DNA of 64,000 nt from Planctomycetota bacterium (GCA_028289345.1 JANQQL010000050.1:202370-266369), one strand, 5' to 3'. Positions 29,419 to 39,463 are shown, numbered from the stretch's first letter. The notes: a model not told the origin generated them from the sequence alone. Translations and numbers: made by a program.

Positions 29419-30546
29419 ATGAAATGGCCTTTGCGTATTGCTGTTTGGTCACTTGGATTGCTTCTCAGCACCGGCCCCTGCTTCGCCCATGGAGGCGTTC
29501 ATGTCACCGATGGCACCGGAGCTCGAGCCGGTGAATTCGAGAACGCCGTGAATGCCATGGCAGACGGCGACCTCTTGGTCGTTCGCGGGGACGGATTCTT
29601 CGCCTTGGACGGGCCGACTATTGACGGCAGGAGCGCCTTCATCGCGGTCGATCCCACGGCCACCGTTGACTTCAACGTCGTCAGCCTCACCATCCAGAAC
29701 CTTGGACCCGATCAAGTGGTCGCTCTTGTCGGCTTGAAGGGGACGATCCTCGAACTCGAGTTGAAGAACAACCAGGGCACGGTCTGGATCGAGGGAGTCG
29801 AGGCTCAGCACGGAGTCGTTGCCGAAAACTGCGACAACTTGGTGTTGGTCCGCACCGAGTTGAAACCATCGGATCCCTCGCTCGGGTTTGGGCAGACCGC
29901 CCTGATTCTGACCGACACCCGTGCCTCTCTGTACGGGTGCGAACTGACGGGGGGACATGGAATTTTCGTTGGGGGAGACGGCGGTCACGGGGTGGACCAT
30001 CTGCGAGGAGAGCTGTTCCTCTCTGACTCCACCGTCACGGGTGGCAGCGGCACCAACAACCACCGAAATGGGGACGCCGTTCGGATCGCAGGCAACGGAG
30101 CTCAACTGCACGTCCTTGACTCGGCACTCACGCCCGGACGCGGCGGTGTTTCGGGACTCTCCATCAACGCCTTCGCAAACACCCGCGTCGTGGAATTCCC
30201 GGGCCAGGCGCGAAGCATCTCGCTGCCTGGACCGACGGCATATGGTCAGCCGTTCACCACGAAGTTTCGGGGCCAACCAGGTGATGGCCTGTTGGTCATT
30301 CGCAACCTGGACCCGGACGGCGCTCTCTGGAAGCAACGACGCGGCGTGTTGCTCGTGGACCCGGTGGCTCCGCTGCTGACTCCTCTCGGATCGACCGCGA
30401 GCGGAGAGCTAGACGTCACTCTGAACGCCCCCACCCTTCCCAACCTCGACTTCTTCTGCCTTTTCTACCAGACCTCGTTCAACCCGGTGGGCGACAAGCC
30501 GATCCTCAGCGCACCGAGCGTTGGGATCTTCTATCGGGAACCGTGA
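29419..30546 (+). CDS. Secreted protein with beta-helix-like, Gly-rich region
   Basis: AAGGAG RBS, signal peptide ending CFA, repeated L..GG.G..GG.G motifs. Confidence 0.7.
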   Translation: MKWPLRIAVWSLGLLLSTGPCFAHGGVHVTDGTGARAGEFENAVNAMADGDLLVVRGDGFFALDGPTIDGRSAFIAVDPTATVDFNVVSLTIQNLGPDQVVALVGLKGTILELELKNNQGTVWIEGVEAQHGVVAENCDNLVLVRTELKPSDPSLGFGQTALILTDTRASLYGCELTGGHGIFVGGDGGHGVDHLRGELFLSDSTVTGGSGTNNHRNGDAVRIAGNGAQLHVLDSALTPGRGGVSGLSINAFANTRVVEFPGQARSISLPGPTAYGQPFTTKFRGQPGDGLLVIRNLDPDGALWKQRRGVLLVDPVAPLLTPLGSTASGELDVTLNAPTLPNLDFFCLFYQTSFNPVGDKPILSAPSVGIFYREP

Positions 30547-30578
30547 ATCGGGATCGTTCCAGCCCACGGAAACGATGG

Positions 30579-32468
30579 TCACGGCCCATTCCGTAATCGT
30601 CGAGGCCGATCGCGATGGGAAGACTCTCGGCGGTCGTGATCAACGACCGCCGAGTTGCTGGATCCCATCTTGACTTGAGACTCCGGCAGCTTGGCCCTCG
30701 GGGACGCATCAACCCGCAGGTCTTCCAAGAGTGTCTTCGCTTCTCGCCTGGAGCGAGAGACTCGACTCAAGGAACTCTCCGCTCGCTCCCCTTGCTTTCG
30801 GTCCCCCCCTGGGGAACAGATGTCACTCGTGTAGAGAAGGTCCGTGGAGAACATCACCTGGCAACCATCCAGCCCGAAATCGGACACGGAGAAGTTTGAA
30901 AGAACGTCCTGGTTGATCTGCTGATTCAGCGAACTTCCGTCGATCGGCGCGACATGCAGGTTGAACGTGATTCCAAAGCGGTCGGCCAACACGCGATACA
31001 GGACGTGACGGCTTTCGGCACTCACCTCGTAGTCGATCACCCCTCCTCGCGGTGCCTGGCTGAGCAAGACTGGCTCCGAGGGAACATCCGACCGCATGCT
31101 GAACAGTTTTCCGTCTTCGAGGTGAATCAGCCACCTCCCATCGGGAGTCAGTGAGGCGTCAATGTTCAGAGTCCCACGTTCGAGCAGGACGAGCGAGGCA
31201 GAACTCTCGTCGATTGGCGAACTCACGACCCGAGAAGAAAAGCCTTCAATGACATCGAACACGACCAACTGACCGTCCGAAGAGATTTCGAAATCCCGGG
31301 TCCCAGGGCCTCGCCGAATCGGGCCACTCAGCTGGACTTCGGGCGCAGCCCCATCAATCGGAGCGCTGTACAGCTCGAAGACGCCATCCTCGAAAACATC
31401 CGCGCTGTAGACCACTCGGCGCCCGTCGGGGGAAATCTTGTACAGGCGAACGGCTTGATTCTCGGAGAACGATGGGTGGAGTCGCTTGCCTGGCGTTGAG
31501 CCGTCAATGGCCGTGGAGTAGAGCTGATACACCGCCGGCTGACTGTCGTCAGCGAGATAGACAACCCTCAGACTGTCTGGACTGATGCGGAATCCCCCGA
31601 CGTCACCGGGACCGGTGAGAGGTGAGTGCAACCGAACTTCCTCCGAGCTCCCGTCGAGAGAGACGCTGTAGAGTTCGTCAACGCCATCGACCTCTGCATC
31701 CGCAAGATACACCGCTCGCGTCCCGTCTGGACTGAGTTCGAAGGAGAGCACCGACGCCGATGTAGAAAACGGTCGGTGCAGGCGAACTCCAAGCTCGCTG
31801 CCGTCGATCGGCGCCCGAAACAGCTCCGACGGACCCGGCCAGATCTCGCCAAACGTGTAGACGACCGATTGTCCGTCCGCGCTGATGCGGAAGGATCGGA
31901 CCCGGCGATCGGAGAACTGAGGCGCATGCAGCCTTCGGGGCTCCGCGCTTCCGTCGGTGGGGACCGTGTAGAACTCCCAACCGCCATCGCGCGAGGCAGT
32001 GATGAATACGACCCACTGGCCATCCGGACTGAACAAGAACTCCAACGCTTGGCGGTTGGTGGGGTCCAACGCATACGGGGCACGACTCCCATCGAGAGGC
32101 ATCGCGTGCAAACCCAAGTACTCGAAAGACGTTCCGATGGGGACTCTGCCGTCAAAGACCAACGTCCGGCCGTCGGGGCTGCTCTTGAAGTCCGGCAACG
32201 AATCGAACTCGAGTGGAACCGTGACCCTGGGCATTCCTACGAAGGAAGCAACTCGCAGTGAATACCGGTTGTCTTCCAACACGAAGTAGATGAGACCTTT
32301 TCGGTCGGCGGTGAATCTCGCAAACCCGAAAGCGGGCGCTGGCCCGACCGCAGTTTGCAACGCGTCCGAGGCGGGCGTCGCGACGAAGAACGCGAGTCCC
32401 GAAAGAACGACCTGGCCAAACGAGGCCGCGGACAGAGTTCGAATCCGGAACATGGAGAGTCTCCTCAT
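30579..32468 (-). CDS. Secreted TolB/PD40-like beta-propeller repeat protein
   Basis: About 10-11 repeats F.ISPDG..VVY...ELYS.PIDG; start uncertain. Confidence 0.8.
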   Translation of the reverse strand: MRRLSMFRIRTLSAASFGQVVLSGLAFFVATPASDALQTAVGPAPAFGFARFTADRKGLIYFVLEDNRYSLRVASFVGMPRVTVPLEFDSLPDFKSSPDGRTLVFDGRVPIGTSFEYLGLHAMPLDGSRAPYALDPTNRQALEFLFSPDGQWVVFITASRDGGWEFYTVPTDGSAEPRRLHAPQFSDRRVRSFRISADGQSVVYTFGEIWPGPSELFRAPIDGSELGVRLHRPFSTSASVLSFELSPDGTRAVYLADAEVDGVDELYSVSLDGSSEEVRLHSPLTGPGDVGGFRISPDSLRVVYLADDSQPAVYQLYSTAIDGSTPGKRLHPSFSENQAVRLYKISPDGRRVVYSADVFEDGVFELYSAPIDGAAPEVQLSGPIRRGPGTRDFEISSDGQLVVFDVIEGFSSRVVSSPIDESSASLVLLERGTLNIDASLTPDGRWLIHLEDGKLFSMRSDVPSEPVLLSQAPRGGVIDYEVSAESRHVLYRVLADRFGITFNLHVAPIDGSSLNQQINQDVLSNFSVSDFGLDGCQVMFSTDLLYTSDICSPGGDRKQGERAESSLSRVSRSRREAKTLLEDLRVDASPRAKLPESQVKMGSSNSAVVDHDRRESSHRDRPRRLRNGP

Positions 32469-32764
32469 GGATGAGCCCAGTGGAAGCTCTTGAGGCAAAC
32501 GGTGTGCCTTGTCTCAGAGGTTCTCCTGATCGGGGGCGATGGCACTCCTTTCGGTGTTTCTGCCATGGATTGAGAAGGCGACGCTGTTTCCCACCGGTAA
32601 CGCGAAAACAAAGGGCCGCTGGACGCGAACCAGCGACGCCACGAGGCACCCGATTTGGGGGTTTGTTGAGACCGACCCGGCGCTGCGAGAAGAGCAAACT
32701 CCCTGGGGGCTTCCAGAAGGCGGTCAGCCACCCATGGCGAACGGCAAGGCGCGGAACTTCCCGA

Positions 32765-34213
32765 TCAAGCTTCCCGGGACGCTGCCACGAACTGCGCCGC
32801 CCCGCGGCCCGCAACCACGCCACTCGCATAGGCCCACTGGAAGTTGAAGCCACCAAGGCGGCCGGTCGCGTCGAGCACTTCGCCGCAGAAGAACAAACCC
32901 GGATGGTGGCGGCTCTCCAGGGTTTGGCGGCGCAGCTCGGACAAGTCGACGCCTCCCGCAGTGACCTCGGCTTTGGCGTAGCCGGCGTTGCCGGTGACCG
33001 AAAGAGAACGGTGCACCAGCTCCTCGTAGAGTCGGCGGCTCTGCTTCATGCTCAACTGCCGGCAGGAAGTCGTAGGAGGGATGTCGAGGGGGCTCAGGAA
33101 CACTTCGGCCAAACGACGGGGCAGTCGAGACCGGAGCACAACCGCGACCTCTCGAATCTCCCCGGCCAGAGTGGCCCGAAACGACTCCCAGGCGAGGGGG
33201 CTCGGGGTTTCCGCGGATCGCAAACAAGCACCGGGGGGCTTGGCCTCCCTCCGAAATCGCTCCCAGGGCGAGTCCTCTTCGGTCAAACTCCAGAAGTCAG
33301 CGCGAAGTTCGAAGGCGTTGTCGGAATCACCCGTAAGTTCACTGCTGATGTCAAGCGCCGCCGGGCCGGAGATGCCTTGATGGGTGAACAACATCGATCC
33401 GGCGCTGCGGGCCAGGGGGCGAAAACGAGTCCCGCTGATCTGCTCGACCGCGGTGCCTTTGGGAACGACCGAAAGAATCACGGGGTGAGTCATCCCGGCC
33501 AAGCCGGCTACCTGATCGGACGACAAGTGCAACGGAACCAACGCGGGTCGCACACGAACCAACGAATGGCCGAGCGACTCGGCAAGCTGAAAGCCGAACC
33601 CGGTCGATCCTGTGGACGGAATGCTCTTGCCACCCGTCGCGATGACGAGGGCTTTGGCTCGAAACACTTGGGACCTCGTGCGCAACGACCAGCCCACGGG
33701 CTTCCCATCCTCGGGAGTCGCTTCGTGACCAGGCGATGGGGGAGTCGCGAACTGCTCCCGATCCACCGACTCCACTCGCTGTTCCGAGTGCACCGTGGCA
33801 CCGGCTCCGCGCACTGCATCCAACCACGAACGAAGGACGTCTTGCGCGCGATTGCTGCGAGGAAACACCTTGCCAAGGGACTCCTCGCGAACAGGAACTC
33901 CTCGGGATTCCAGCCACTCGGTCATGTCGCGAGGGGAGTAGGCCGCAAGCACCGCGCGCACATGATGAGGCGAACGGGTGATGTAATCCTCGAGACCCAC
34001 TCGGACATTGGTGACGTTGCAACGGCCACCGCCCGAAATCAGAATCTTGCGTCCGAGGCGCGCGGATCCGTCGAGCACCGCCACGGACGGCACCGGCCCC
34101 GACGGCTTTCCTGACGGGCCTTCGGAAAGTCCGCCGCGAGCCGCCAGGGCCGCCAATTGTCCCGCCGCTCCGGCGCCGACGATGACGATGTCCGCGTGAT
34201 GGATCTGACTCAA
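32765..34213 (-). CDS. HI0933/YhiN/BaiN-family flavoprotein
   Basis: GAGAAG, KILISGGGRCNVTN, ATGG, FTHQGISGP, VTAGGV, GGFNFQWA. Confidence 0.93.
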   Translation of the reverse strand: MSQIHHADIVIVGAGAAGQLAALAARGGLSEGPSGKPSGPVPSVAVLDGSARLGRKILISGGGRCNVTNVRVGLEDYITRSPHHVRAVLAAYSPRDMTEWLESRGVPVREESLGKVFPRSNRAQDVLRSWLDAVRGAGATVHSEQRVESVDREQFATPPSPGHEATPEDGKPVGWSLRTRSQVFRAKALVIATGGKSIPSTGSTGFGFQLAESLGHSLVRVRPALVPLHLSSDQVAGLAGMTHPVILSVVPKGTAVEQISGTRFRPLARSAGSMLFTHQGISGPAALDISSELTGDSDNAFELRADFWSLTEEDSPWERFRREAKPPGACLRSAETPSPLAWESFRATLAGEIREVAVVLRSRLPRRLAEVFLSPLDIPPTTSCRQLSMKQSRRLYEELVHRSLSVTGNAGYAKAEVTAGGVDLSELRRQTLESRHHPGLFFCGEVLDATGRLGGFNFQWAYASGVVAGRGAAQFVAASREA

Positions 34214-34574
34214 CGAGCGTCATTCCTCATTCAACAGTGTCCCTCGGAACGAGACTTCTGCGGCGGGGTCGAGCCCAAGAACCCGCTCGCCAGGCCCTCC
34301 GCATTCGGACCGCACCGTGTGCCTCCGCGAGCATTCTCACTCGGGTTCGCCGATGTGGGGGAGCCACGCTCGCAACCAGCACCTCCACCTGCCCTCCAAC
34401 ATCCGGCCGTCCCCGCCGTATCGCTGCCGCGAAGGTCCCGGTCGTGTCACCCGTCGTCCGAACTCCGCCCGGGAACGCGCGCCCAAGGAAGTCAGGGCCG
34501 TCACACCTTGTGCGTGATCTCCGCCGAGCGATGATCGCGCCTCCAATCTCTTGAACGATGGGAGCAACCTTCAC

Positions 34575-37500
34575 ATGAACCGACTGCTGGGCTCGATCAC
34601 TTTGCTTCTGGCCGGGATGGCCAATCCTGCGAGCGGGCAGGAAGAAGCCCGTTTGCTGCGCTTCCCCCACATTCAGGGCGATCGTATCGCGTTCGTCTAC
34701 GGCGGGGACATCTGGACCTCGACCGCTCAGGGCGGACCGGCCCGACGCATCACCAGTCACGACGAAGGATTCGAGCTGTTCCCGCGGATCTCTCCCGACG
34801 GTCAGTGGATCGCTTTCTCGGCCGAGTACTCCGGATCGAGGCAGATCTACCTGGTGCCTTTCCAAGGTGGGCAGCCGCGCCAGCTCACGTTCTATCCGGA
34901 CGTCGGCCCCATGCCTCCGCGGGGTGGCTACGACCACCTGCCGTTCGACTGGACGCCGGACGGCAAGAAGCTGCTGATCAAGGCCAATCGAACGCCCTAC
35001 GGACAGCGAGTCGCTCGCTACTTCCTGGTCGACCCGTGGAACGGAGGACTGGAAGAGCCGCTGCAGATTCCCGAAGGCGGCCCGGCTTCCTTTTCTCCCG
35101 ACGGGACCAAACTCGCCTACAACATCATCAGCCGCGAATGGCGCACCTGGAAGCGGTACAAGGCGGGGCGAGCTCAGGACATCTTCGTTTACGACCTGCA
35201 GCGAGACACCATCGACCAGATCACCGACTTCAATGGCACGGACAACTTCCCGATGTGGGTGGGCAATCGCATCTACTTCACTTCGGATCGCACCGGCACG
35301 TTGAATCTCTACCGGCACGACCTCGAAACCAAGGAAACCACCCAGATCACCACTTTCACCGACTTCGACGTGCTCTTCCCGAGTCGTGGTCGCGGGGGCG
35401 TCATCTTCGAGTGTGGCGGCTGGCTGTACGTGATGGACACCAAAGACGAAACCGTGCGTCGCTTGTCCATCAACCTGGCCGACGACCGCCCGTGGCTGCG
35501 CCCGTCGTGGAAGTCGGGCAGCGTGGCCTCCTACGACATTTCTCCTTCCGCCAAGCGAGCGGTGGTCGAGTACCGCGGCGAGGTGTTCGACGTGCCCGCC
35601 AAGAACGGTCGCGGCCGCAACTTGACCAGGACCCCGGATCGCCGCGAGCACTCGGTGAACTGGTCGCCGGACGGCAAGCACATCTCCTATCTGGCAGAGG
35701 TGGGAGAGGACTACGAGCTGTTCGTGCGTTCGACGGTGAGCGGCGAAGAGCGCCAGCTCACGAACAACAGCGGCGCCTGGATCCTCGGCACTTCGTGGTC
35801 GCCGAACTCGGAGCACATCGCGTTCGCCGACAAGGCCAATCAGCTGCGCTTGGTGAATGTGGAGAGTGGCGACGTCTCGACCCTGGATCGATCGACGGAA
35901 GGAACCATCAACTCCGCTTCCTGGTCCGGAGACAGCCACTGGCTGACGTACACCAAGAGTTCGCCGAATGGTTTCAACTCGGTGTGGGTGTGCCCGATTC
36001 GTGACGGCAAGCCGACCCAGGTGACCACCGATCACTATCAAGACGGCAGCCCCGCCTTCGACCCGGATGGCAACTACCTGTACTTCGTTTCGGCCCGAGA
36101 CTTCCAGTTCGGTGACATGAACTTCGACTCGCGTCTGTACGCGCTGCTGCTGCGGGAAGACGTGGATTCCCCGCTGGCGCCGAAGGAAGACGTGGAGGCG
36201 GCCACCGAGGAAGAGGAGGAAGACGAAGCAGACGGCGGGAACGAGCAGGAGGATGGCGGCGAAGAAGACGCCGGCGCGGACGCGAACGCCGAATCCAAGG
36301 ACGAAGCGAGTGACACCGAAGAAGCGGCCGACGAAGCCAAGGATGCCGCGGACTCGGATGATGACACCGGAGACTCCGAAGAAGAGGAAGACGAACCGCT
36401 CCAGATCGACCTCGACGGGATCATGGATCGCTTGGTCGCGCTGCCAGGGAGCCCGGGCAGCTACTTCAATCTGGAAGGCGTCCCCGGCGGCTTCTTGTTC
36501 GTGAGCAACGGCAACCTCCAGCGCTACGACCTGGAAGGGCGCGAGGCCAAGACCGTGCTGGAAGGCGTCAGTGGTTACATGACCACGCCGGATGGCAAGA
36601 AGCTGCTGTATCGCTACCGCGGGAATCTCGCGATCTCTGGTGCGACCCCGGGACAGAAGGCGGGTGCCTCTCCGGTGCGCGTGGACGAGGTCGAAGTGCG
36701 GATCGACCCGCGAGTCGAGTGGGCCCAGATCTACATGGACGCCTGGCGCATCATGCGCGACTGGTTCTACGACACCGAAATGCATGGCGTCGACTGGCGC
36801 GGAATGCGGGAGAAGTACGAACCGTTGGTTCCTCACGTCGCCCATCGCGACGATCTGGACTTCCTGATGGGTGAGCTGATCGGTGAGCTCAACGCCGGTC
36901 ACACCTACGTGTTCCCGGGAGAGTCCCCGCGAGTGAACCGGGTCGACACCGGGACGCTGGGTTGCGACTTCGTCAAGGACTCCGGCCGCTACCGCATTTC
37001 CAAGATCTTCGGCGGTCGCCGCTGGAACGCCTCCGAGCGCTCCCCGTTGGCCCAAGCCGGGGTCGACGCCAAGGAAAATGATTACCTGCTGGAGATCGAC
37101 GGGCACGACGTCACAACCTCAGACAATCCGTTCCGGTTCCTGGAGAACCGGGTTGGTGTTCAGGTCACCTTGCTGTTGAACGACAAGCCGGAAAAGGAAG
37201 GTGCTCGGGAAGTCGTGGTGACGCCGATCGCTTCGGAAGTCACTTTGCGCTACATCGACTGGGTCGAGTCCAATGCGGCGATGGTCGACGAACTCTCGGA
37301 CGGACGCATCGGCTACGTGCACGTTCCCAACACCGCGGTGCCCGGTCATCGGGCCCTGTTCGAAGGCTTCCCTCCCCAAGCGCGGGTCAAGGATGCCATG
37401 ATCATCGACGACCGCTACAACGGTGGCGGGTTCATCCCGGCGCGCATGATCGCCTCCCTCGCCTCGCCGGTCCTGAACTATTGGTCCCAGCGAGAGACCA

Positions 37501-37913
37501 CCTTGAGCGCCACCCCGGCCACCGGGTTTGACGGCCCCATGGCCATGCTGATCAACGGCTACTCGAGCTCCGGCGGTGACGCGTTCCCCTTCTACTTCCG
37601 TCGCCTGGGACTCGGAAAGCTCATCGGCAAGACCACCTGGGGCGGACTGATCGGCTATTCCGGCTCGCCCAACATGGTGGACGGCGGCGGGCTTGCCGTT
37701 CCCAGCTTCTCGTTCGTCAACCTGGACGGGGAGTGGGACGTGGAAGCCGTCGGGGTCGATCCGGACATCGAGGTTTTCGATGACCCGACCCAGATCCAGG
37801 CTGGCCGCCAGCCGACCCTGGAAGCCGCGGTGAAACACCTGCTCGAAGAACTCGAGCGCAATCCTCCGCCGGTCACCCCGCCGACGCCGGCGGGTCCCAA
37901 GCGGAACAAGTAG
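34575..37913 (+). CDS. Tricorn protease (peptidase S41) with signal peptide
   Basis: Beta-propeller repeats, GELNAGH, PDZ, DDRYNGGG, SSSGGD catalytic Ser, TWGG. Confidence 0.95.
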   Translation: MNRLLGSITLLLAGMANPASGQEEARLLRFPHIQGDRIAFVYGGDIWTSTAQGGPARRITSHDEGFELFPRISPDGQWIAFSAEYSGSRQIYLVPFQGGQPRQLTFYPDVGPMPPRGGYDHLPFDWTPDGKKLLIKANRTPYGQRVARYFLVDPWNGGLEEPLQIPEGGPASFSPDGTKLAYNIISREWRTWKRYKAGRAQDIFVYDLQRDTIDQITDFNGTDNFPMWVGNRIYFTSDRTGTLNLYRHDLETKETTQITTFTDFDVLFPSRGRGGVIFECGGWLYVMDTKDETVRRLSINLADDRPWLRPSWKSGSVASYDISPSAKRAVVEYRGEVFDVPAKNGRGRNLTRTPDRREHSVNWSPDGKHISYLAEVGEDYELFVRSTVSGEERQLTNNSGAWILGTSWSPNSEHIAFADKANQLRLVNVESGDVSTLDRSTEGTINSASWSGDSHWLTYTKSSPNGFNSVWVCPIRDGKPTQVTTDHYQDGSPAFDPDGNYLYFVSARDFQFGDMNFDSRLYALLLREDVDSPLAPKEDVEAATEEEEEDEADGGNEQEDGGEEDAGADANAESKDEASDTEEAADEAKDAADSDDDTGDSEEEEDEPLQIDLDGIMDRLVALPGSPGSYFNLEGVPGGFLFVSNGNLQRYDLEGREAKTVLEGVSGYMTTPDGKKLLYRYRGNLAISGATPGQKAGASPVRVDEVEVRIDPRVEWAQIYMDAWRIMRDWFYDTEMHGVDWRGMREKYEPLVPHVAHRDDLDFLMGELIGELNAGHTYVFPGESPRVNRVDTGTLGCDFVKDSGRYRISKIFGGRRWNASERSPLAQAGVDAKENDYLLEIDGHDVTTSDNPFRFLENRVGVQVTLLLNDKPEKEGAREVVVTPIASEVTLRYIDWVESNAAMVDELSDGRIGYVHVPNTAVPGHRALFEGFPPQARVKDAMIIDDRYNGGGFIPARMIASLASPVLNYWSQRETTLSATPATGFDGPMAMLINGYSSSGGDAFPFYFRRLGLGKLIGKTTWGGLIGYSGSPNMVDGGGLAVPSFSFVNLDGEWDVEAVGVDPDIEVFDDPTQIQAGRQPTLEAAVKHLLEELERNPPPVTPPTPAGPKRNK

Positions 37914-37940
37914 TCGTTCGGTCGATCAACGACAACCAAG

Positions 37941-37971
37941 CCGGGGGTGGTTCCCAAGGAGCTACCCCCGG
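37941..37971 (+). other. Strong hairpin downstream of the tricorn gene
   Basis: CCGGGGGTGGTTCC-CAA-GGAGCTACCCCCGG (14 bp including 2 G-U). Confidence 0.55.
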
Positions 37972-38561
37972 CGCCGTACCCAGCACCCACTCACAGCGAG
38001 GCCCCCGAGATCGAGATCGTCGACCATTCGTCTCGTATCGAAGAACTTCTGGCTCGGTACCAGAAGTGCATCGGGCAGGACTTCGCCGGTTACCGGAACC
38101 ACGTCTATCGCGTGCTGACCTACGCGATGCATTTCCTCGAGCAGGACGAATCGGTCCGCTCAACCGTCGAGACGGCCCTCGTCTATCACGACCTCGGACT
38201 GTGGACCGCCCACGACTTGGCCTACCTGGAACCCTCGGAAGCGAAGGCGCGGGAGGATGCGGTCCGGCAAGACTGGGGTCTCGACATCGAGACCGTGGTG
38301 AGGGCCATTCACTGGCATCACAAGGTCACGCCCTATCGCGGCCCTGACGCCCGAGTGGTGAATGCCGTGCGGCGAGCCGACTGGATCGATGCCACCCAAG
38401 GCATGTTCCGCAAGGGACTGTCCAAGGACCAGGTTGCCCGGGTCGAGAACGCAATCCCCAACGAGGGCTTCCACGACGCCCTCCAGCGTCTGGCCACAGA
38501 GTACGGCGGCTCCGCGTTGCGAGGAAACCTGCGGGTCCTCCGCCGAGTCTTCCAACTGTGA
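37947..38561 (+). CDS. HD-domain-like metal-dependent phosphohydrolase
   Basis: YRNHVYR, YHDLG, WHH, ADWID; start uncertain. Confidence 0.7.
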   Translation: MVPKELPPAPYPAPTHSEAPEIEIVDHSSRIEELLARYQKCIGQDFAGYRNHVYRVLTYAMHFLEQDESVRSTVETALVYHDLGLWTAHDLAYLEPSEAKAREDAVRQDWGLDIETVVRAIHWHHKVTPYRGPDARVVNAVRRADWIDATQGMFRKGLSKDQVARVENAIPNEGFHDALQRLATEYGGSALRGNLRVLRRVFQL

Positions 38562-38657
38562 GTCGTCATCCGGCGCCGAGGCGCGATCCTCGGGCCGGTG
38601 AAACTGCCACGGCACCGGATGACGAGGAACCGACCAGTGATCGAGTCGGACTCCTGG

Positions 38658-39176
38658 CTACTCCAGGTTCTCGATCAGGGTCAGCAGTGCGTCCCCATGC
38701 GCGCGCACGTCCACTTCTTCGTCGATGTGGCGAAGAACGCCTTCACTGTCGATGATGAAGGTGACGCGCTTGCTGTAGGCACCGTTGGGCATGAGCACGC
38801 CGTACTTGCGGGCGGCGCTACCGTCGGGGTCGCTCAACAAGGGAAAATTCAGGCCCTCGTTCTTGGCGAACGCGGCCTGGGAAGCGACGTCGTCGAGGCT
38901 GATGCCGTAGACCTGAACCCCTAGAATTTCGAAGTCGTCCGCTGCGTCCCGCAGCGAGTTCACTTCCATGGTTCAGCCAGGGGTGGCGGCCTTGGGGTAG
39001 AAGGCCAACACGGTCCAGTCGAAGTCTTCGCCGGCCGGAACTTCCGTCAGCTTTCCTTCGTGATTGTTGAGGCGAAGCTTCGGAGCGGGTTGCCCGACTT
39101 CGGGCATCTTCATTTCGTCCGCCACCGAGAACGCCAACGTGGCCGCCGCAGCAGCGACCAGGAAGAGTGACTTCAT
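38658..39176 (-). CDS. Putative exported selenocysteine peroxiredoxin (BCP/PrxQ type), 172 aa
   Basis: AAGGAG RBS, ATG 39176, signal peptide, FYPKAATPG-UGA(38975-38973)-TME in frame with ORF 38658..38969. Confidence 0.9.
38940..38956 (-). promoter_or_regulatory. Candidate bacterial SECIS hairpin
   Basis: CGCUGCG-GGA-CGCAGCG starting 16 nt after the UGA. Confidence 0.65.
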
Positions 39177-39463
39177 CGCGAAACTCCTTTTGCGCGAGTG
39201 GCGATTCCAAGGTCCCGGACACGGTCTCCCGGAAGCGCAACTCGCGGTGTCAAACAGGTTCGAGCGGAGCAGGGCAAGTGGTTTCGAGTTGCCGTGGACG
39301 AAGCGCGAAGAGCCGATCAAAAGTGGGACGGATTCAGGGTGTGCCTAGCACGCGGCGCGGCTCGAGACTGTCCGGATTGTCGAGATCCCCGAATGCTTTT
39401 CAAGCGTGCCGGCGTCGATCCAACCAACGAGGTGGCCTGAGGAATCGACAAAGCCCCCGGCGG

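Noticed and set aside
30850..32300. DNA repeats resembling an array
   Set aside because: They are degenerate in-frame beta-propeller coding repeats, not CRISPR repeats
32471..34114. 547-aa plus-strand ORF, and similar long ORFs at 9033-10457, 46256-47851 and 48969-50381
   Set aside because: Antisense to clearly identified genes; Arg/Pro/Gly-rich shadow composition
34227..37106. 959-aa minus-strand ORF
   Set aside because: Antisense shadow of the tricorn protease, expected in high-GC DNA; no motifs
38658..39320. Peroxiredoxin pseudogene or two separate ORFs
   Set aside because: A single in-frame UGA at the catalytic site, a downstream hairpin and otherwise intact motifs favour Sec
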